NCBI RefSeq assembly: GCF_030028105.1
Contig: NC_092379.1
Location: 21,243,309 to 21,307,308, forward strand
Direction of reading: 5' to 3'
Origin: Mobula birostris
Taxonomy: Eukaryota
DNA: 64,000 nt
Shown: positions 1-14,069 of the stretch, one piece after another
Numbering within the stretch: position 1 is the stretch's first letter
Layout: every line of letters starts with the position of its first letter
The notes under the pieces: generated by a model
Told to the model about the DNA's origin: nothing
Databases searched by the model: none
What the model saw: the letters and a program-made list of their open reading frames with translations, nothing else
Translations under genes and position numbers: made by a program

Positions 1-3000
1 TTTCCTCATATTCATATGCCTATCCATAAGTCTCGGAAAAGTCTCTAATGTATTTGCCCCAACACTATACATCTCTCATAATCTTGTAAACCTCAGCCTC
101 CGCCACTCCAAAGAAAACAACCTAAGTTTGTTTAGCCTCTCATGATAGCACATTCCCTCAAAACCAGACAGCAATCTGTTAAACCTCTTCTGCACCCTCT
201 CCAAAGCCTCAATATCCTTCCTATAGTGGGGTGACCAGAAATGTGTCCAATCCTCCAGATGTGACCTAACCAGAATTTCATAAAATTGCAACATGACCCC
301 TTGACTTTTGAACTCAATGCCTTGACTAATAAAAGCAAGCATTCAATAAGCCTTCTTAACCACCCTATCCACCAGTGTCGCCGCTTTCAAGGAGCTATGA
401 ACTTGGACCTTAAAATCTCTCTGCTCAGCAACACTATTAAGCGTCTTACCCTGAACAGTGTACTGTCTCCTTGCATTTGCCTTACCAAGGTGCATCACCT
501 CACCTTTATCTGGGTTAGGCTCAATCTGTAATTTCTCTGCCCATATCTATATCATGCTCTATTCTTTGCCAGCCTTCTACACTGTCCACAACTCCACGAG
601 TTTTGGTATCACCTGCAAACTTACTAACCCCCCCATCTACATTTTCATCCAGGTCATTTATATACAGTACGTCACAAACAACGGAAGTATCAGCACAGGT
701 CCCTGCGGAACACCGCCAATTACAGACCTCCAGCTCAAATAAGTCCCTTTGACCAATACCCTCAGTCTTCTCTGCACAAGCTACTTCTGAATTGAAACAT
801 CCAATTCGCCGTGGACCCCTTGCATCCTAATATTCTGGATTAGCCTCCCAGGAGAGACTTTATCAAACGCCTTACTAAAACCCATGTGGACAACATCCAC
901 TGCTGTACCTTGATCTGTCAGTCTTGTCACCTTGTCAAAAAACTCAATCAAGTTGGGAAGGCATGATCTGCCCTGCTGGGGAAATTTTCTCCAGCAATTT
1001 CCCTACAACTGATGTTAGACTCCCTGTTCTATAGTTGCCAGGATTTTCCTTTGTTCCCTCCTTAAATAGAGGTACAACATTAGCTAATTGCCAGTCGTCA
1101 GGAACATTGCCTGTGCCTAGAGAGGAACCAAAGATACTGGTTAAGGGCCGAGCAATCTTCCTCAATTACCTGGGGTAAATCCCATCAGGCCCTGGGGACT
1201 TATCCACTTTAATACTCATTAGTATATACAACACTGCCTTCTCCTTAAACTCTAAATGCCATAACACATCTATACACTCAGCTCTGATCTCCTGCTCCTC
1301 CATGTCATTTTCCTTGGGAAATATTGAAGCAAAGTATTCATTAAGTACTTCATTCACCTTCTCCACATCCAAGCAAATGTTCCCCTCTTTATCCATGAGT
1401 AGCCCTACCTTCTCCCTAGTTATCTTCTTGTTCTTGATGTATGTGTGGAATACCTTGGGATTCAGCTTAATCCTACTTCCCAAGGACTTTTCATGGCCCC
1501 TCCTAGCTTTCCTAATTCCTTTCTTTAGTTCATTTCTGGTTTCTTTATACTCCTCAGGCGCTTTGTTTGATTCAAACTTCTGAACCTTTACATGCTTTTC
1601 CCTTTTCTTCTTGACAAGATTCATCACCTCTCATGACATCCAAAGTTCTCTTATCTTTCCATCTCTGCCTTTCCTTCTAACAGGAACATACATTTACTGT
1701 ACTCTGTGCAATTGGTCTTTAAACACCCTCCACATGTCTGATGTGGACTTGCCAGAAAAAAAGGTTTTCCCAAGTAACACTTCTTAGTTCCTGCCTATAC
1801 TCTCATAATTTGCCCTTATCCAATTTAACAATCTCCTGCAATGACCATACCTGTCCTTATCTATCACTATCCTGAAAGTTAAGGAGTTGTGGTCACTGTT
1901 CACTAACTGCTCGTCCACAGAGTGGTTGATCACCTGGCCAGGTTCATTACCCAACACCAGGACCAGTCCAGACCCTCCTCTTGTTCCACCGTCTCGTGAT
2001 TGCACCTCTCCTATTCTTGAGTTCCATCCAAATGGACACAGTGTCTGATCCCTCCATTATGTTTCCCCTCAGTGCAGCTGTGATATTGTCCCTTAGTGGC
2101 GTACATCCCCCCCCCCCATTTTACCTCCTTCCCTATCTTTTCTAAAACATTGAAAACCTGGTACATTAATACCAATTCCTGCCCCTCTCTCAACCAAGTC
2201 TCTGTAATGGCCACATCATAGCTCCATGTCCCGATCCATGCTCTAGGTTCATCCACTTTACCCATAATACTCCTTGCATTAAAACACAGACACTTCAAAC
2301 TGTGCACCTCATCATACCAGGGTTATTTTGATTTTGCATATTAATACTTCAGTTATTGAACTGGTGCTTGGTTTCCAGACACGGTAAACTCTCCCCAGTA
2401 GCATTAGCAAACGTCTTGGCCAGGATATTCACTCCCCTCCAGTCCAGGTGGAACCCATCTCTCTTATCCAGGTCAGGCCTTCCCCAGAAAAGGTTCCAAT
2501 GATCCAAGAACTTTAAACCCTGACCCCTGCACTCAGCCACTCATTCATCTGTGCTATCATCCCATTCCTACCAGCACTAGTCCATACATTGGGAGTAATC
2601 CGGAGATTACTATCTTGGAGGTCCTTCTCTTCAGCCTCTTGCCTAACCCTACATACTGACATTTGCCAATGTTTTTGGTGCCAATATGGATCAGAACCTC
2701 TGGCTGTTCACCCTCCCCTGTGGGAATATCTTGTCATCTCTCTGATACATCCTGGACCCTAGCATTCAGAAGGGAACACACCCCTCTGGTGTCTCTTTTG
2801 CGGCCACAGAATCGCCTGTCTGTCCCCTTAACTGTCAAATCCCTCACCACTTCTGCACTGCCTGGATTTACCCTTCCCTGCTGAGCCTCAGAGCTGGCCA
2901 CACTGCCACTAGCCTGGCTGCTGCTGCTGTGCCCTGATGGGTCATCCCCCACAGCAGTATCCAAAGAGGTATACTTGTTGCTGAGGCCAATGGCCATAGG

Positions 3001-3165
3001 GGAACCTTGCAATTACTGCTGAATCCCCTTAACTCTCCTGGTGGTCATGCATCTACTGTGTGAAGCCCATACTCTGGGTGTGACCACCTCTTCAATAGTC
3101 TCATCTATAATGTCTTCAGCCTCCCGGATGCTCCTTAGTACTTCCAACTCCAGCTCCAGTGGAGT
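1..3165 (-). mobile_element. CR1-clade LINE, degenerate (ORF1 SGNH-esterase part, endonuclease, RT); 3' end runs off the window
   Basis: Minus-strand ORF fragments in CR1 order: ORF1 NKYTSLDTAVGDD...KGTDRRFCG (2734-3012), FLDHWNLFWGRPDL..RDGFHL (2349-2540), endonuclease CFNARSI...DVAITETWL (2011-2307), KVDKSPGPDGIYPR (1166-1627), RT C-terminus LERVQKRF (76-342). Many stops and frameshifts. Confidence 0.93.
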
Positions 3166-5240
3166 ATTGCACTGGGGTAAAAGGAATTACAGAGTCATGA
3201 GAGAGGAGTTAGCCAACATTGAATGGAAGGGGACACTAACGGAGAAGATGGCAGAGGAGCAAAGGCAAGTAATCTGGAGGCAGGATGACATTCCTATGGC
3301 TGACAAGGCAAGTCAAAGCCAACTTGAAAGCAAAAGAAAGGGCATATAATAGAGCAACAACTAGTGGGGAGTTAGAGGATTGGGATGCTTTAAAAAACCA
3401 ACAGAAGGCAACTAAAAAAGCCGTGGGGAGAGAAAAGATGAAATATGAAGGTAAACTCACCAATAATATCAAAGAGGTTACCAAAAGATTTTTCAGATAT
3501 CGAAAGTGTGAAACTGAGGCAAGAGTAGATAGCAGAACACTGGAAAATAACACTGGAGACATAGTAATGGGAGATAAGGAAATGGTGGATGAACTGAATG
3601 AACATTTTCCATCAGTCTTCACTGTAGAACACACTAGCAGTTTGCCAGAGGTTTGAGAGTGTCATGGGACATAAGGGAAAAGGTGCCTGAGAAGCTGAAA
3701 TGTCTGAAGGTAAATAAACGACCTGGGACATATGGACTACACCCTGGATTTCAGAAAGAGGCAGGTGAAGAGATTGTGAAAACATTAGTGGTGATTTTTC
3801 AAGAATCACTAGATTCTGGCATGGTTCTAGAGGACTGGAAAGTTGCAAATGTCACTCCACTCTTCAAGAAAGGATAGAGGCAAAAGAAAGCATATTATAG
3901 GTCAGTTAGCCTGGCCTGAGTGGCTGGGAAGATATTGGGAGTCGATTGTTGAGAATGAAGTTTCAGGGTCCTTGGAGGCATGTAATAAAATGGCCAAGTC
4001 AGCATGGTTTCCTTAAGAGGAAATCTTGTCTGACAAATCCACTGGAATTCTTTGAGGAAATAACAAACAGGATAGACAAAGGAGAGCTGGTGGATATTGT
4101 GTTCTTGAATTTTAAAAAGGCCTTTGACAAGGTGCCACACATGAGGTTGCTTAGCAAGAGAAGATCCATGTTATTACAGGAAAGATGCTAGCATGGATAG
4201 AGCATTGGTTGACTGGCAGGAGGCAGAGAGTGGGAATAAAGGGAACCATTTCTGATTGGCTTCCAGTGACTAATGATGTTCCGTAGGGGTTGGTATTGGG
4301 ACCGCTTCTTTTTACATTGTGTGAATGACTTGGATGACAGAATTGATGGCTTTTTGGTCTAGTTTGCGGACAATACGAAGGTACATAGGTGGAGGGGCAG
4401 GTAGTGTTGAGGAAGCAGGTAGGCTGCAGGAAGGATATAGATTAGGAGAATGGACAAAGAAATGGCAGATGGAATATACTGTAGGGAAGTGTATAGTCAT
4501 GCACCTTGGTAGAAGGAATAAAAGTGTAAACTATTTTCTAAACGGGGAGAATACTCAAAAATCCAGGATGCAAAGGGACTTCAAAGGGACTTAGGAGTTC
4601 TCGTGCAGAAATCCCCGAAGTTTAAATTGTAGGTCAGTGGTGAGGAAAGCAAATGCAATGTTACCATTCATTTCAGACAACCAGAACATAAAAACTAGGA
4701 TGTAATTCTGAGCATTTATAAGGCATTGGTGTAGCTTCACTTGGAGTATTGAGAGCAGTTTTGGGCCCCTTATCTAAGTAAGGATGTGTTGACATTGGGC
4801 AGAGTTCAAAGGAGGAGGTTCATGAAAATGACTTCTGGATTGAAAGGCTAATCGTATGAGGAGCATTTGATAGCTCTGGGCCTGTACTCGCTAGAATTCA
4901 GAAGAATTGGGGGAGGATCTGATTGATATCTATCGAATGCTGAAAGGCCTGGATAAGAATGCATGTGCAGAGGATGTTCCCCATGGTGGGGGAGTTTAGG
5001 ACAAAAGGGTACAACTTCGGAATGGAAGGACGTCCATTTAAAAAGAGATGAGGAACAATTTCTTTAGCAGTTATGGAGGCCAGGTCACTGAGTGTGTTTA
5101 AAATGGAGATTGATAAATTCTCGATAAATCAGGGCATGATAGATTATGGGGAGAAGGTAAGAGAATGGGATTGAGAGGGAAATGGATCAGCCATGATCAA
5201 ATGGCGGATCAGAGCCAATCAGCTGAATGGCCTAATTCTG
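3166..5240 (+). mobile_element. CR1-clade LINE, 5'-truncated, degenerate RT with 3' UTR
   Basis: NEHFPSVFTVE, DWKVANVTPLFKKG, SQHGFLKRKSCLTNPLEFFEE, DIVFLNFKKAFDKVPH; 3' tail gaatggcctaattctgctcc near 5225. Confidence 0.92.
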
Positions 5241-5269
5241 CTCCAATATCTTATGGTCTATATGGTCAC

Positions 5270-5830
5270 TGAAAGTGGAGTCACATGTGGACAGGGTGGT
5301 GTAGAAGACTGTTGGTATTCTGTGTAAAAATTGGGAGCACATGGTGGCATTGTACAAGGTGCTGGTGAGGTTGTATTTGGAGTATTTTGTTCGTTTTTTA
5401 TCCATCCTGCTGGTGAAAAATGTTATTAATCTGGAAAGAGTGCAGAAAAGATTTACAAGGATGTTGCCATGACTGAGTTAAAGGGAGAGGTTGTCCAGAC
5501 TAGGACTTTCATTGGAGTGAATATACAAATTGCAGAACATATAATTTATTCACAGTCGCTGTGAGGAGTCAAAATAACAGTGAGATGGATGTCTTTCTGC
5601 TACTGTACTTGGTTATTAAATCTCTAGCAATCTCCAGCTTAGATCTGGTGAAAAACTCTGGCTTGCAGGAGATTGTGTGGAGATTTTGTAGAGATGCAAA
5701 CAATCAAGAGGGAAATGGATAGGAAAAGTTCCCACAAAATGCTGTCATTGCGACGAGCTTGGATGGGCCTCTTGGTCAGCATGGACGAGTTGGGCCGAAG
5801 GGCCTGCTTCCATGTTCCTTGACTCTCTGA
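5270..5830 (+). mobile_element. Short CR1/SINE fragments, part of a duplicated unit
   Basis: ctggaaagagtgcagaaaagatttacaaggatgttgcc (LERVQKRFTRML) and tail gggccgaagggcctgcttcc. A paralogous sequence lies inverted at about 53300-53960. Confidence 0.7.
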
Positions 5831-5916
5831 CGCTCCAAATGCAAGTGCAATTTACCGTGGGCAATTAACCCACCAACAATCATGCATTTGGGATTTGGAA
5901 GAAAGACATATTTCAA

Positions 5917-6105
5917 TGTGACATATTCATCTGAAGAGCTCTTTCAGACTCAGGAACTGTGACCCACATCTACCACCCTCTCTGTCTGATGGATACACTG
6001 CCACCCAGTGGCTGTTGGTTGGTATTACAACAATCAGTTTGACTGAAGCCTGAATATTTGGAGGTGTTCCTCTGACCCCCAGTGGTTACAGTTTATCACT
6101 GCAAG
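5917..6105. repeat. Module M copy 1 (unidentified exon-like repeat, internally shortened)
   Basis: Shares tgtgacatattcatctgaagagctc ... ggaggtgttcctctgacccccagtgg ... tatcactgcaag with five other copies in the window. Confidence 0.85.
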
Positions 6106-6682
6106 GTGACAAACACTTCCAGTCAAATTGTCTTCAATCCAGACACAAGAGTCTGTAAATGCTGGGATCTAGAGCTGCACACAATTTACTGGAGAAACTC
6201 AGCGGGTTGAACAACATCGATGGAAAGAAGCTGTTGAAACCCTGAATGAGGACAGTCCAGGAGCATCTGGGTTTACACAGACAGAATGAAATTACCGAAG
6301 TAAAGAAAACCTGCTGATGTTGCAAATCAGAAGTGAAAAAATCTTGCCAGCACCGGACAGGCAAAATACATTGTACATCAGCAGTGGAGGGAACGAAATG
6401 GAGTGTCGGTGAGTAGATCATATACATCTTTAAATGTGCCCACTCATGGATGTCAATGATCAAGTCAACACAATTGTAAAATAGCAAAAAATTAAGTCCA
6501 ATGAACAAGAGCTCTGATCAAAGCCCTCTTGAAGACATCCTATAAATGCAAATTATTTCAAGGTAATGAAGCATGGACAGAAAAAGACAGTGAGAGAAAG
6601 CAGGAATTATATAAAATGTCCTGCCAGTGAGATACTAACTGATGAATGAAAACCCTCTCTTTTCCCTGTCTGTCACTTTCAG

Positions 6683-6907
6683 TGTGACAAATTCATCTGA
6701 AGAGCTCCTGTAGTCTCAGGGCCTTCTGGCGCAGTGGAATCCTCCTGTGCACCGTTTCACCCACACCGTCCAGCAGTGTCTCTGTGCCTGACTGTTACAC
6801 TGACACCCAGAGACTGTCATTTACTATTACAGCAGCCAGTTTATCTGAATCCTGAATATCTGGAGGTGTTCCTCTTGACTCCTTGTGGCTGCAGTTATTA
6901 TTGCAGG
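6683..6907. repeat. Module M copy 2
   Basis: Same core. Preceded by a pyrimidine tract and AG (ctctcttttccctgtctgtcactttcag); 225 nt from that AG to the donor-equivalent position. Confidence 0.85.
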
Positions 6908-7289
6908 GAAACAAATTGTTTGAATCAAATCAGCTTCAGACAAAATTAGCATCTGAACTCCAGCAGGAAGAATGAAATCATCACTGAAAGACAACTAACT
7001 ACACATGTTGCAAATAGGAGATAAAAACTACTGAAATTACAGGACAGGCAATATCTGTGCAGAGAAACAAACTAATATCACAAGCCTTTCACCAGAGCTG
7101 TTGAAATTAGACATTTTAAGGTTGAAAACTAAGTGCAGTATCAGAAAAAAATCCACCTCACTCTAATGTCCGCTCCCCACGATGACCAAGAGACCATGGG
7201 ACTGCTGCTTGATCTCCCTTAAAATTTGCTTGTCAGAAATAAACAATTCCCCTGGGGTCACATAGGGGTTGGGGAGTTTGGAAAGAACG

Positions 7290-8450
7290 ATGTGTATGAG
7301 AGGATCTGGGTCGATCAGGATGAGAGAGAAAAGGGGACAGAGGAGGAGAAGTTGACCTGAAATTGGAGAATTCAACATTGGGATATCGGACTGTAGGTTA
7401 CTCAAGTGGAATATGAGATTCTATTCCTCTGGCTTGCTTTAGCCTCACTGTTGCACTGAATGATGCCAAGACCAGATGGCTTGGTGTGGCAATGGGGAGA
7501 GGAATTAAAATGGTTTGCAAGTGGGAGCTGTCGATGGCCATTGTGTCTGGAGTGCAGGTGTTTGTTAAAGTGGTTCCCTAGTCGGCCCTTGGGTCACCTT
7601 GAGAGCACTGAATGCGACAGTCAATAATGGATGGGGTGCCTGGAAATCTGAGCCTCACTGGAAAGACTGTTTAAGTCATTGAATAGTGGTGAGGAAGGGT
7701 AGGGACAGGTGTTACACTATCATCAATTGCAGGGAAAATGTCTGGTGAGGGTGAGTTATCAACAAACCATTGAATCACAGAGAGGGTGGTTGAGGCAAGT
7801 TCAATGTTGTTGTTTAAAGTTAAATTGGATAGATATGTGGACAGGAAAGGAATGGAGGGTTATGGGCTGAGTACAGGTTGGTGGGACTAGGTGAGAGTAA
7901 GGGTTCGGCATGGACTTGAAGGGCCAAGGTGGCCTGTTTCCATGCTGTAATTGTTATAGTAGTTATTGTTATATGGTTATATAGGGTGGTCCCCGTGGAG
8001 TGTAAGTAGGTGGGAAGGGGAAAGATATGACTAATGGTGGGATCACATTGCAACTGCTGGAAATGTGTAGAATGAATTGCTGGAGGTGAAGCCTGGTGGG
8101 ATGAAATGTGAGGAAACTCTCTCACTGTTCTGTCTGAGGGAGATGGATTCAGTGCAGAACTGCTGGAAATGGAGGAGATGTGGGTCAGGTCTCTATCAAC
8201 CACAGCATGAGAGTGAGCTGAAAGCTGCTGCTCTTTCTGAAAAGGCGACATTTCAGATGTCCTGAAGAACAGATTCTGCAGAGATAGTAAAACTGAGAGA
8301 AAGGAATGGCATCCGTACATGAAAGAAATTGATCAGAAGTGTCGTTCTGGTGGTTATGGGATTTAATCATTTTGTAGTAATTGTAAATGGACCAAGAAAG
8401 GGGAAGTTGGTGTCGGAAATGGTCCAAGTGAATCTGAGGTTTTTGAGGGA
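7290..8450 (-). mobile_element. Penelope-like element relic (RT/GIY-YIG 3' part) with an inserted SINE-like tail at about 7790-7985
   Basis: The reverse complement resembles the 3' half of the element at 33676-35660, e.g. cctcagattcacttggaccatttccgacacc and the EAKRKLEEQHLIFRLG-like region near 7400-7480. Highly degenerate. Confidence 0.6.
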
Positions 8451-9099
8451 AATGGGTAATCTACATTTTGGATGAAGACTTTTCACTCGAACTGAGAGTG
8501 GAACAGGGATCACCAGTATAAAGAGGTGAGAGAGTGGGCTGGAACCTGAGCTAGTTATCTTTGGATCTCCTTTAGTGAAGAGAGATCCCAGATGTCTGCA
8601 AAATTGCTAACGTTTTTCTTTGTATAAGGGCAATCTATTTCTCTGGATCACTTACCTGCCCTCTCTATCACCATTGCAAAGTCAGTGCTACAGTGCCTCA
8701 AAAAATTTTATTCACAGCAATTTCAAGCTAACTGGAAACACATCCAACAGTGAACTGTTAACTTCAGCCTAATGAACACAGAGACACTGTGTTCAAAGCC
8801 ACCCACTGGTGAGGGGTTAACGTACACACATTGAAGGATTGGTCCAGGTATGTTGTGAAAGTCTGCAGTACCCCAGCAAGTTGCACAGAATCCCCTCACT
8901 TCACCTGATGGAGAGAGTCCTGAGGAGGAAGTCAAGAACTCCAAAGCTCTCAGGGAATGGAGGAATATAACCGGTTTGCAATCCTGAAAAATCAATAAGC
9001 AACACACACAAAATGTTGGATAAACTCAGCAGCTCAGGTCCATTGATGCTGCCAGGTACTCACTACTCTCGGTGTTAAGCTAACGCTCAGATCTCTTTT

Positions 9100-9480
9100 T
9101 AACCTCTGCCCTCTTATCTTCTATTAGTACCCTCCCGTGTTGGACTCCCAACCCTGAGGAAAAGCCTAGGACCATCCACCATTCCATACCCCTCATGATT
9201 TTACAAACTTCTGAGGTTGTCCCACATTTTCCTCTACTCCAGATAATAAAGAACCAGCATGGCTTACCTCGCCCTATAACTCAGGCCCTGTAGTCCAGGC
9301 AGCATCCTTGTACATCTCTTCTGTACCATTTCCAGCTTGTCAATATCTTTCCTATATCAGACTGACCAAAACTGTACACAATACTCTGAGTGTGGCCTCA
9401 TCAACAATTTACATAACTGCTGCATAATCTCCCTGACTGATGAAGGCCAGCATGGTAAATGCCTTCTTCACCACCTTGTC
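9100..9480 (-). mobile_element. CR1 3' RT fragment
   Basis: Reverse complement of ccaaaactgtacacaatactctgagtgtggcctcatc gives an RPHSEYCVQFW-type motif. Confidence 0.7.
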
Positions 9481-9519
9481 ATCTCCTCACAAACTCCATC
9501 AGCACAGTTACACCACAAG

Positions 9520-10515
9520 ATTGTGTGCTTAGCCCCCTGCTCCACTCGCTTTATACTCAGCATAACTTCAATGCCATATTTATGTTTACTGATGACACCT
9601 CTGTCGTAGGCTGAATCAAAAGTGGTGACAAATCAACAGATAGGAGAGAGATTGAAAATCTGTCTGAGTGGTGCAACAACAACAACCTATCACTCCATGT
9701 CAACAAGATCAAGGAGAGGATTTGACTTCAGGAGGAGGAAACCAGACGTCCAAGAGTCCTCATCAGTGGATCAGAGGTGGAGAGGTTCAGCAACTTTAAA
9801 TTCCTCAGTGTAAGTGTCATTATGAAGAAGGCACGATAGTGCCTCTACTTTCTCACCAGTTTGCAAAGATATGGCATGACATCGAAAACGTTGACAATTT
9901 TCTATAGTTGTGTGGTGGAGAGTATATCGACTGGTTGCATTATGGCCTGGTATGGAAACACCAATCCCGTTGAATGGAAAAGCCCAGTCCATTATGGGTA
10001 AAGCCCTCCCTACCATTGAGCACATACACAAAGAGTGCTGTCACAGGAAAGCAGCCTCCATCATTGAGGACCCACACCATCCAGACAATGTTCTCTTCTC
10101 AGAAAAAAGGAGCAGGAGCCTCAGGATCTGCATCACCAGGTTCAGGAATAGTTATTAACACTCAACCATAGACTCTTGAATCAGAGGGGTATCTTCACTT
10201 AACTTCTCCAGTCCTATCACTGAACGGTTCCCTAAACTTTGGACTGACTTTCAAGGACTCTTATGTTCTCAATATTTATTGTTTATTTATTATTACATTT
10301 TTTATTTATTATTTCTTTTTTTTCTCCTTTCGGTATTTGCACACTTGTTGTCTTTTGCACATTGGTTGTTCATCTGTCCTGTTGGATTCAGTCTTTCATG
10401 GATTATGTTTTGTTTCTTGTATTTACAGTGATTGCCTGCAAGAAAATAAATCTTTGGATGTTAATTGTGACATGTATGTATGTACTTTGATGATACATTT
10501 ACTTTGAAATTTGAA
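9520..10515 (+). mobile_element. Rex1/Babar-type LINE, 3' part
   Basis: Frameshifted FTDDTSVVG..KSGDKS..RREIENLSEWCNNNNLSLHVNKIKE, HCHRKAASII.DPHHP, and the family tail ...gtacttTGATGATACATTTACTTTGAAATTTGAACT. Confidence 0.8.
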
Positions 10516-11860
10516 CTTGTGTGGCTGATTTCAGTGAACTGTGTACTAGGACTTTCAGGTCCCTCTGTTCTACAATACTCATCAGTGCCCTGCCATTTAC
10601 TGTACAAGACCTTCCCTGTTTGACTGTCAAAAAATGCATCACCTCACATTGATCTAAATTGCTATTCCTTAGCCCTTGTCTCAAACAGATCAAGATATTT
10701 TTGCAAATCAAAGTAACCTGCTTCACTATCAACAAGACCCCCTCATTTAGTATCATCAGCAAACTTGAATTGTGCCTTGTACATTGGCATTCCAAATAAT
10801 TTGCACAAATCATAAATATCAGAGGTACCAACATTGACCCCTTGTAACCACGAATCACAGTCCACCAGTCAAAGAATCGATCTTCAACCACCACCCCTCT
10901 GCTTTATATCATCATTAAACACACAGGCGAGCGTGATGGTCTTTCAAAAGATGCAGTCTCTCTATAGTCAACCTTTTACTGTTAAGGTAGCTGATGAACC
11001 TTGGTATCAACCTTGCCTGCCAGATTCATCTCATAGCCTCTTTTTGCCCTCATGTTTTCCCTCTTAAGCCTGGTCTTAAACTTTTTACATTCATCAAGGG
11101 ATTCATTCACCCACAGCTGCCTAAACACATTGTACACTTCCTTTTTTATCTTTACTGGAGCATTGATATCTTTTGTCAGCCAGGGTTTCCTGAATTGGGT
11201 ACGTCTACCATTCACACTAACAGGAACATGTTGCCATCTGGACTCTTGATATCACCCTTTTAAAATCTCCCACTTGCCAACTATTCCTTTGTCTTCATTT
11301 AAATGGAGTCAGCCTTACTTGACCCACCTTTTGCCTAAGAGGAGGTTCAGTAGGACTCCTTCCCAATAGGTTCTTGGACACCTCACACAAATTGGACCCC
11401 ATCCAGGCCCTTTGCACTCCGGATGACCCAGGTGACACCAGGATATTTGACATTTCCTTTGAGCACCACCCTACTATTTTCACAATTATGTGTAATTTCT
11501 CCACACGTCTCTGCTCCTTGGGTTTCCACTGACTGCTGGGGGATTTCTGATTAGCAAGACCAAGGTGACCATCCACTTCTTATTTCTAAGTTCTACCCAA
11601 ATTCCCTCGTTAAATTATCCCTCAAGAATGTTCATTCTAAGCACTGCTGTTATGTCATCTGTTATCAAAGGACAACACCCTCTCCAGTCTTATCTGTTTC
11701 TTCGTCATGTCAAAAGCATCAGTATCCCTGAACACTGGGGCTGCCCTTCTCTCAACCACGTCTCTGCTCTGACCACAATATTCCAGTCACTAGGAACAAC
11801 TCACAATCCTCTCCTTTCATCCATCCTACCTGTTAAGATAACTGTATGGAATGAGATATA
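10516..11860 (-). mobile_element. Degenerate CR1 fragments (endonuclease end, linker, RT C-terminal piece)
   Basis: RKPWLTKDINAPVKIKKEVY...MRAKRGYE; degenerate KGLDGV.F..CVQE endonuclease segment at about 11330-11460; NGRALMSIVEQRDLKVLVHSSLK. Confidence 0.7.
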
Positions 11861-12029
11861 ATGTAAGTCAGTGGTCTGATCTGAAACTTCACTGGAAACA
11901 TGGCTATCCTGATTGCTGTGTGAACACTCTTTGGATGCTGAATATACCCCTGTCTACTCACTGACCTCACTCTCTTGTGTCCCGCATCCCTGCCAATCTA
12001 GTTTAAACCCTCCCTTGTTGTTACCATAT

Positions 12030-12620
12030 ACTACCCTGAGATTCATTTTCTTGAGGCGTCAGGGTAAATGCAAAGAAACACAATCAAATCAATGAAAAAC
12101 CACACACATGCCAGTCAAGCAACTGATAAAAAAAGACAACAAGCTGCAAAAATTAAATGAAAAAAGAAACAAACAAAATAATAATAATAAACAAATAAGC
12201 AATAAATATCAAGATCATGAGATGAAGAGTCCTTGAAACTGAGAGCACAGGTTGCAGGAACAGTTCAGTGTTGGGCTGAGTGAAGTTAACTCATTGGTTC
12301 AATGGCCTGATAGTTGAGGGATAATAACTGTTCCTGAACCTAGTGGTGTGGGTCCTGAGGCTCCTGTACCTCCTTCCAAAGAAGAGAACGTGGCCGGGAT
12401 GGAGTAAGTCCTTGATGATGGAGCTGTTTTCCCATGACAGCACTCCTTGTAGACATGCTCAATGGTGGGGAGGGCTTTACCCACAATGGACCTGGTTGTA
12501 TCCATTAATTTTTGCAGACTTTCACGTTCAAGGGTATCGGTGTTCCCAAACTAGGCCATAATGGAACCAGTCAGTACTGCCTCCACAGAGCAACTATAGA
12601 AGTCTGACAATGTTTTTGCA
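12030..12620 (-). mobile_element. Rex1/Babar-type LINE 3' fragment
   Basis: GKALPTIEHVYKECCHGK (ORF 12299-12505), paralogous to 9950-10150. Confidence 0.75.
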
Positions 12621-12643
12621 ATATTCTGGTTCATATCTTTTAC

Positions 12644-13170
12644 TGTTATGCTGTATGTATTTCACTTTGTGTAGCTCTATAAGAGCTGTTTGTTTTGTTT
12701 TCAGCCTGTTTGGGTTATTGTTGAAGATAAGCAATGATGTGGAATGTATGCCATCCAATTAGCAAGAGGTTTTTCTTGGTGAGGGACAATAAGGTTGGTC
12801 TTAGGCTTTTGTTCGAGAGGAGATGAAGAGAGAAGATGCTGAGGAGAACTGTTGGTTCAAGATGGATTGTGACTGACGTTTGGAAGGTGGTGTGTGCTTT
12901 CACGTTGACCGAGGACCCAGCACATGAGTGACAGAGAAGTTCAAGATGAACTCCAACTTATGCACATTTGACTGTAAAATTAGAATGGGTCCTTTTCTTT
13001 TTGTTATTCTTTGAGAAGACTTCAATCAAGATTCATAAACATAATTCCTTTAATTGTACACAGTGTCCTGTCTGTTATTTTGTGGCATTAATTTGTAACA
13101 GGGTAGCAAATGACACAGCATTCATACAAACCGGGGTTTGGGGTGGGATCCAATGCGACTCAATCTCTAC
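12644..13170 (+). mobile_element. Probable solo LTR, Gypsy-type, distantly related to the LTRs at 46276 and 50944
   Basis: Starts TG and ends near CA. Shares blocks such as tgtttgggtta, gggtccttttctttttg and atttgtaacaggg...cagcat with those LTRs. Confidence 0.55.
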
Positions 13171-13369
13171 AGTTCCTGTAGAGACATGTTCCTGTATTCA
13201 TCTGTAGATTTTATCCTTACCTTCCTAAATCATCGCGTGTTATGTGCACTACTGTGATTTATACCCTGGTTCGGAGAAATGTTGTCCCATTTCAATATAC
13301 ATTATATGGTTATATACGTTATACACAATAACAATGATAATAAATGACAATAAATTTGACGCGACTTGA

Positions 13370-13615
13370 TGAAGTGAGGTTGAGTCGCTGGAATGTGAGA
13401 ACCTGTGGAATATTCAAAGCGAAAGATATGTGTGTCCCAATGTTGTTTTAGTCTCGAACATAGATGTTGATGTTACAACCGGCGTGAGGGGTTCAGGAGA
13501 AAGTCAGCTGAAGGAACAAGGTAACAGGTACACGTTATGGAAGGGCCATCTGGAAGGAAAACCTCTTCTATGTGGGGTTGGATTAGCTGTGAAAAATGAG
13601 ATATTTGTCCCAGTG
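13370..13615 (+). mobile_element. RTE-clade LINE endonuclease fragment
   Basis: GESQLKEQGNRYTLWKG...LCGVGLAVKNEI matches the RTE APE pattern GEGQL.E.G.GYTFFW.G...GVGFAIKN. Confidence 0.7.
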
Positions 13616-14069
13616 GGCGGTGTTAACAGCGATGTCAATCATGTTGAATGTTAGCCAATAAAGAAACAGCAGCACCTCGGGAACTCCAATGAACTGCAAA
13701 GTGATAATGACTCAACAGAGACCTCTAGTGGCTTAAGTGATGATGGCAGTAATGAGATATTTGGTCCGGCAGCCATGACAGGACTTGCCTCAGTAAAAAT
13801 TCAGAGAGTGAAAACATACAAGACTGATGATAGAAAGGAAATAGGAGGTTTTTCATCAACCACTAGATCCCCAAAAAATGATGAATGAGCGAAGAAAGCT
13901 GTTGGGCTGAACTTCAATGAATTAAGAATATATCCAGATTGCATCCAGATGTGGGCATTCAAATATTAGTTACTATGCTATTAACTCAGCAAATAAACCA
14001 AACTCTATAAATAGTTTAGAGATGTAGAGCATGCCAGAAAACAAACCCCAGATTAACAAAGAAGCTAAC

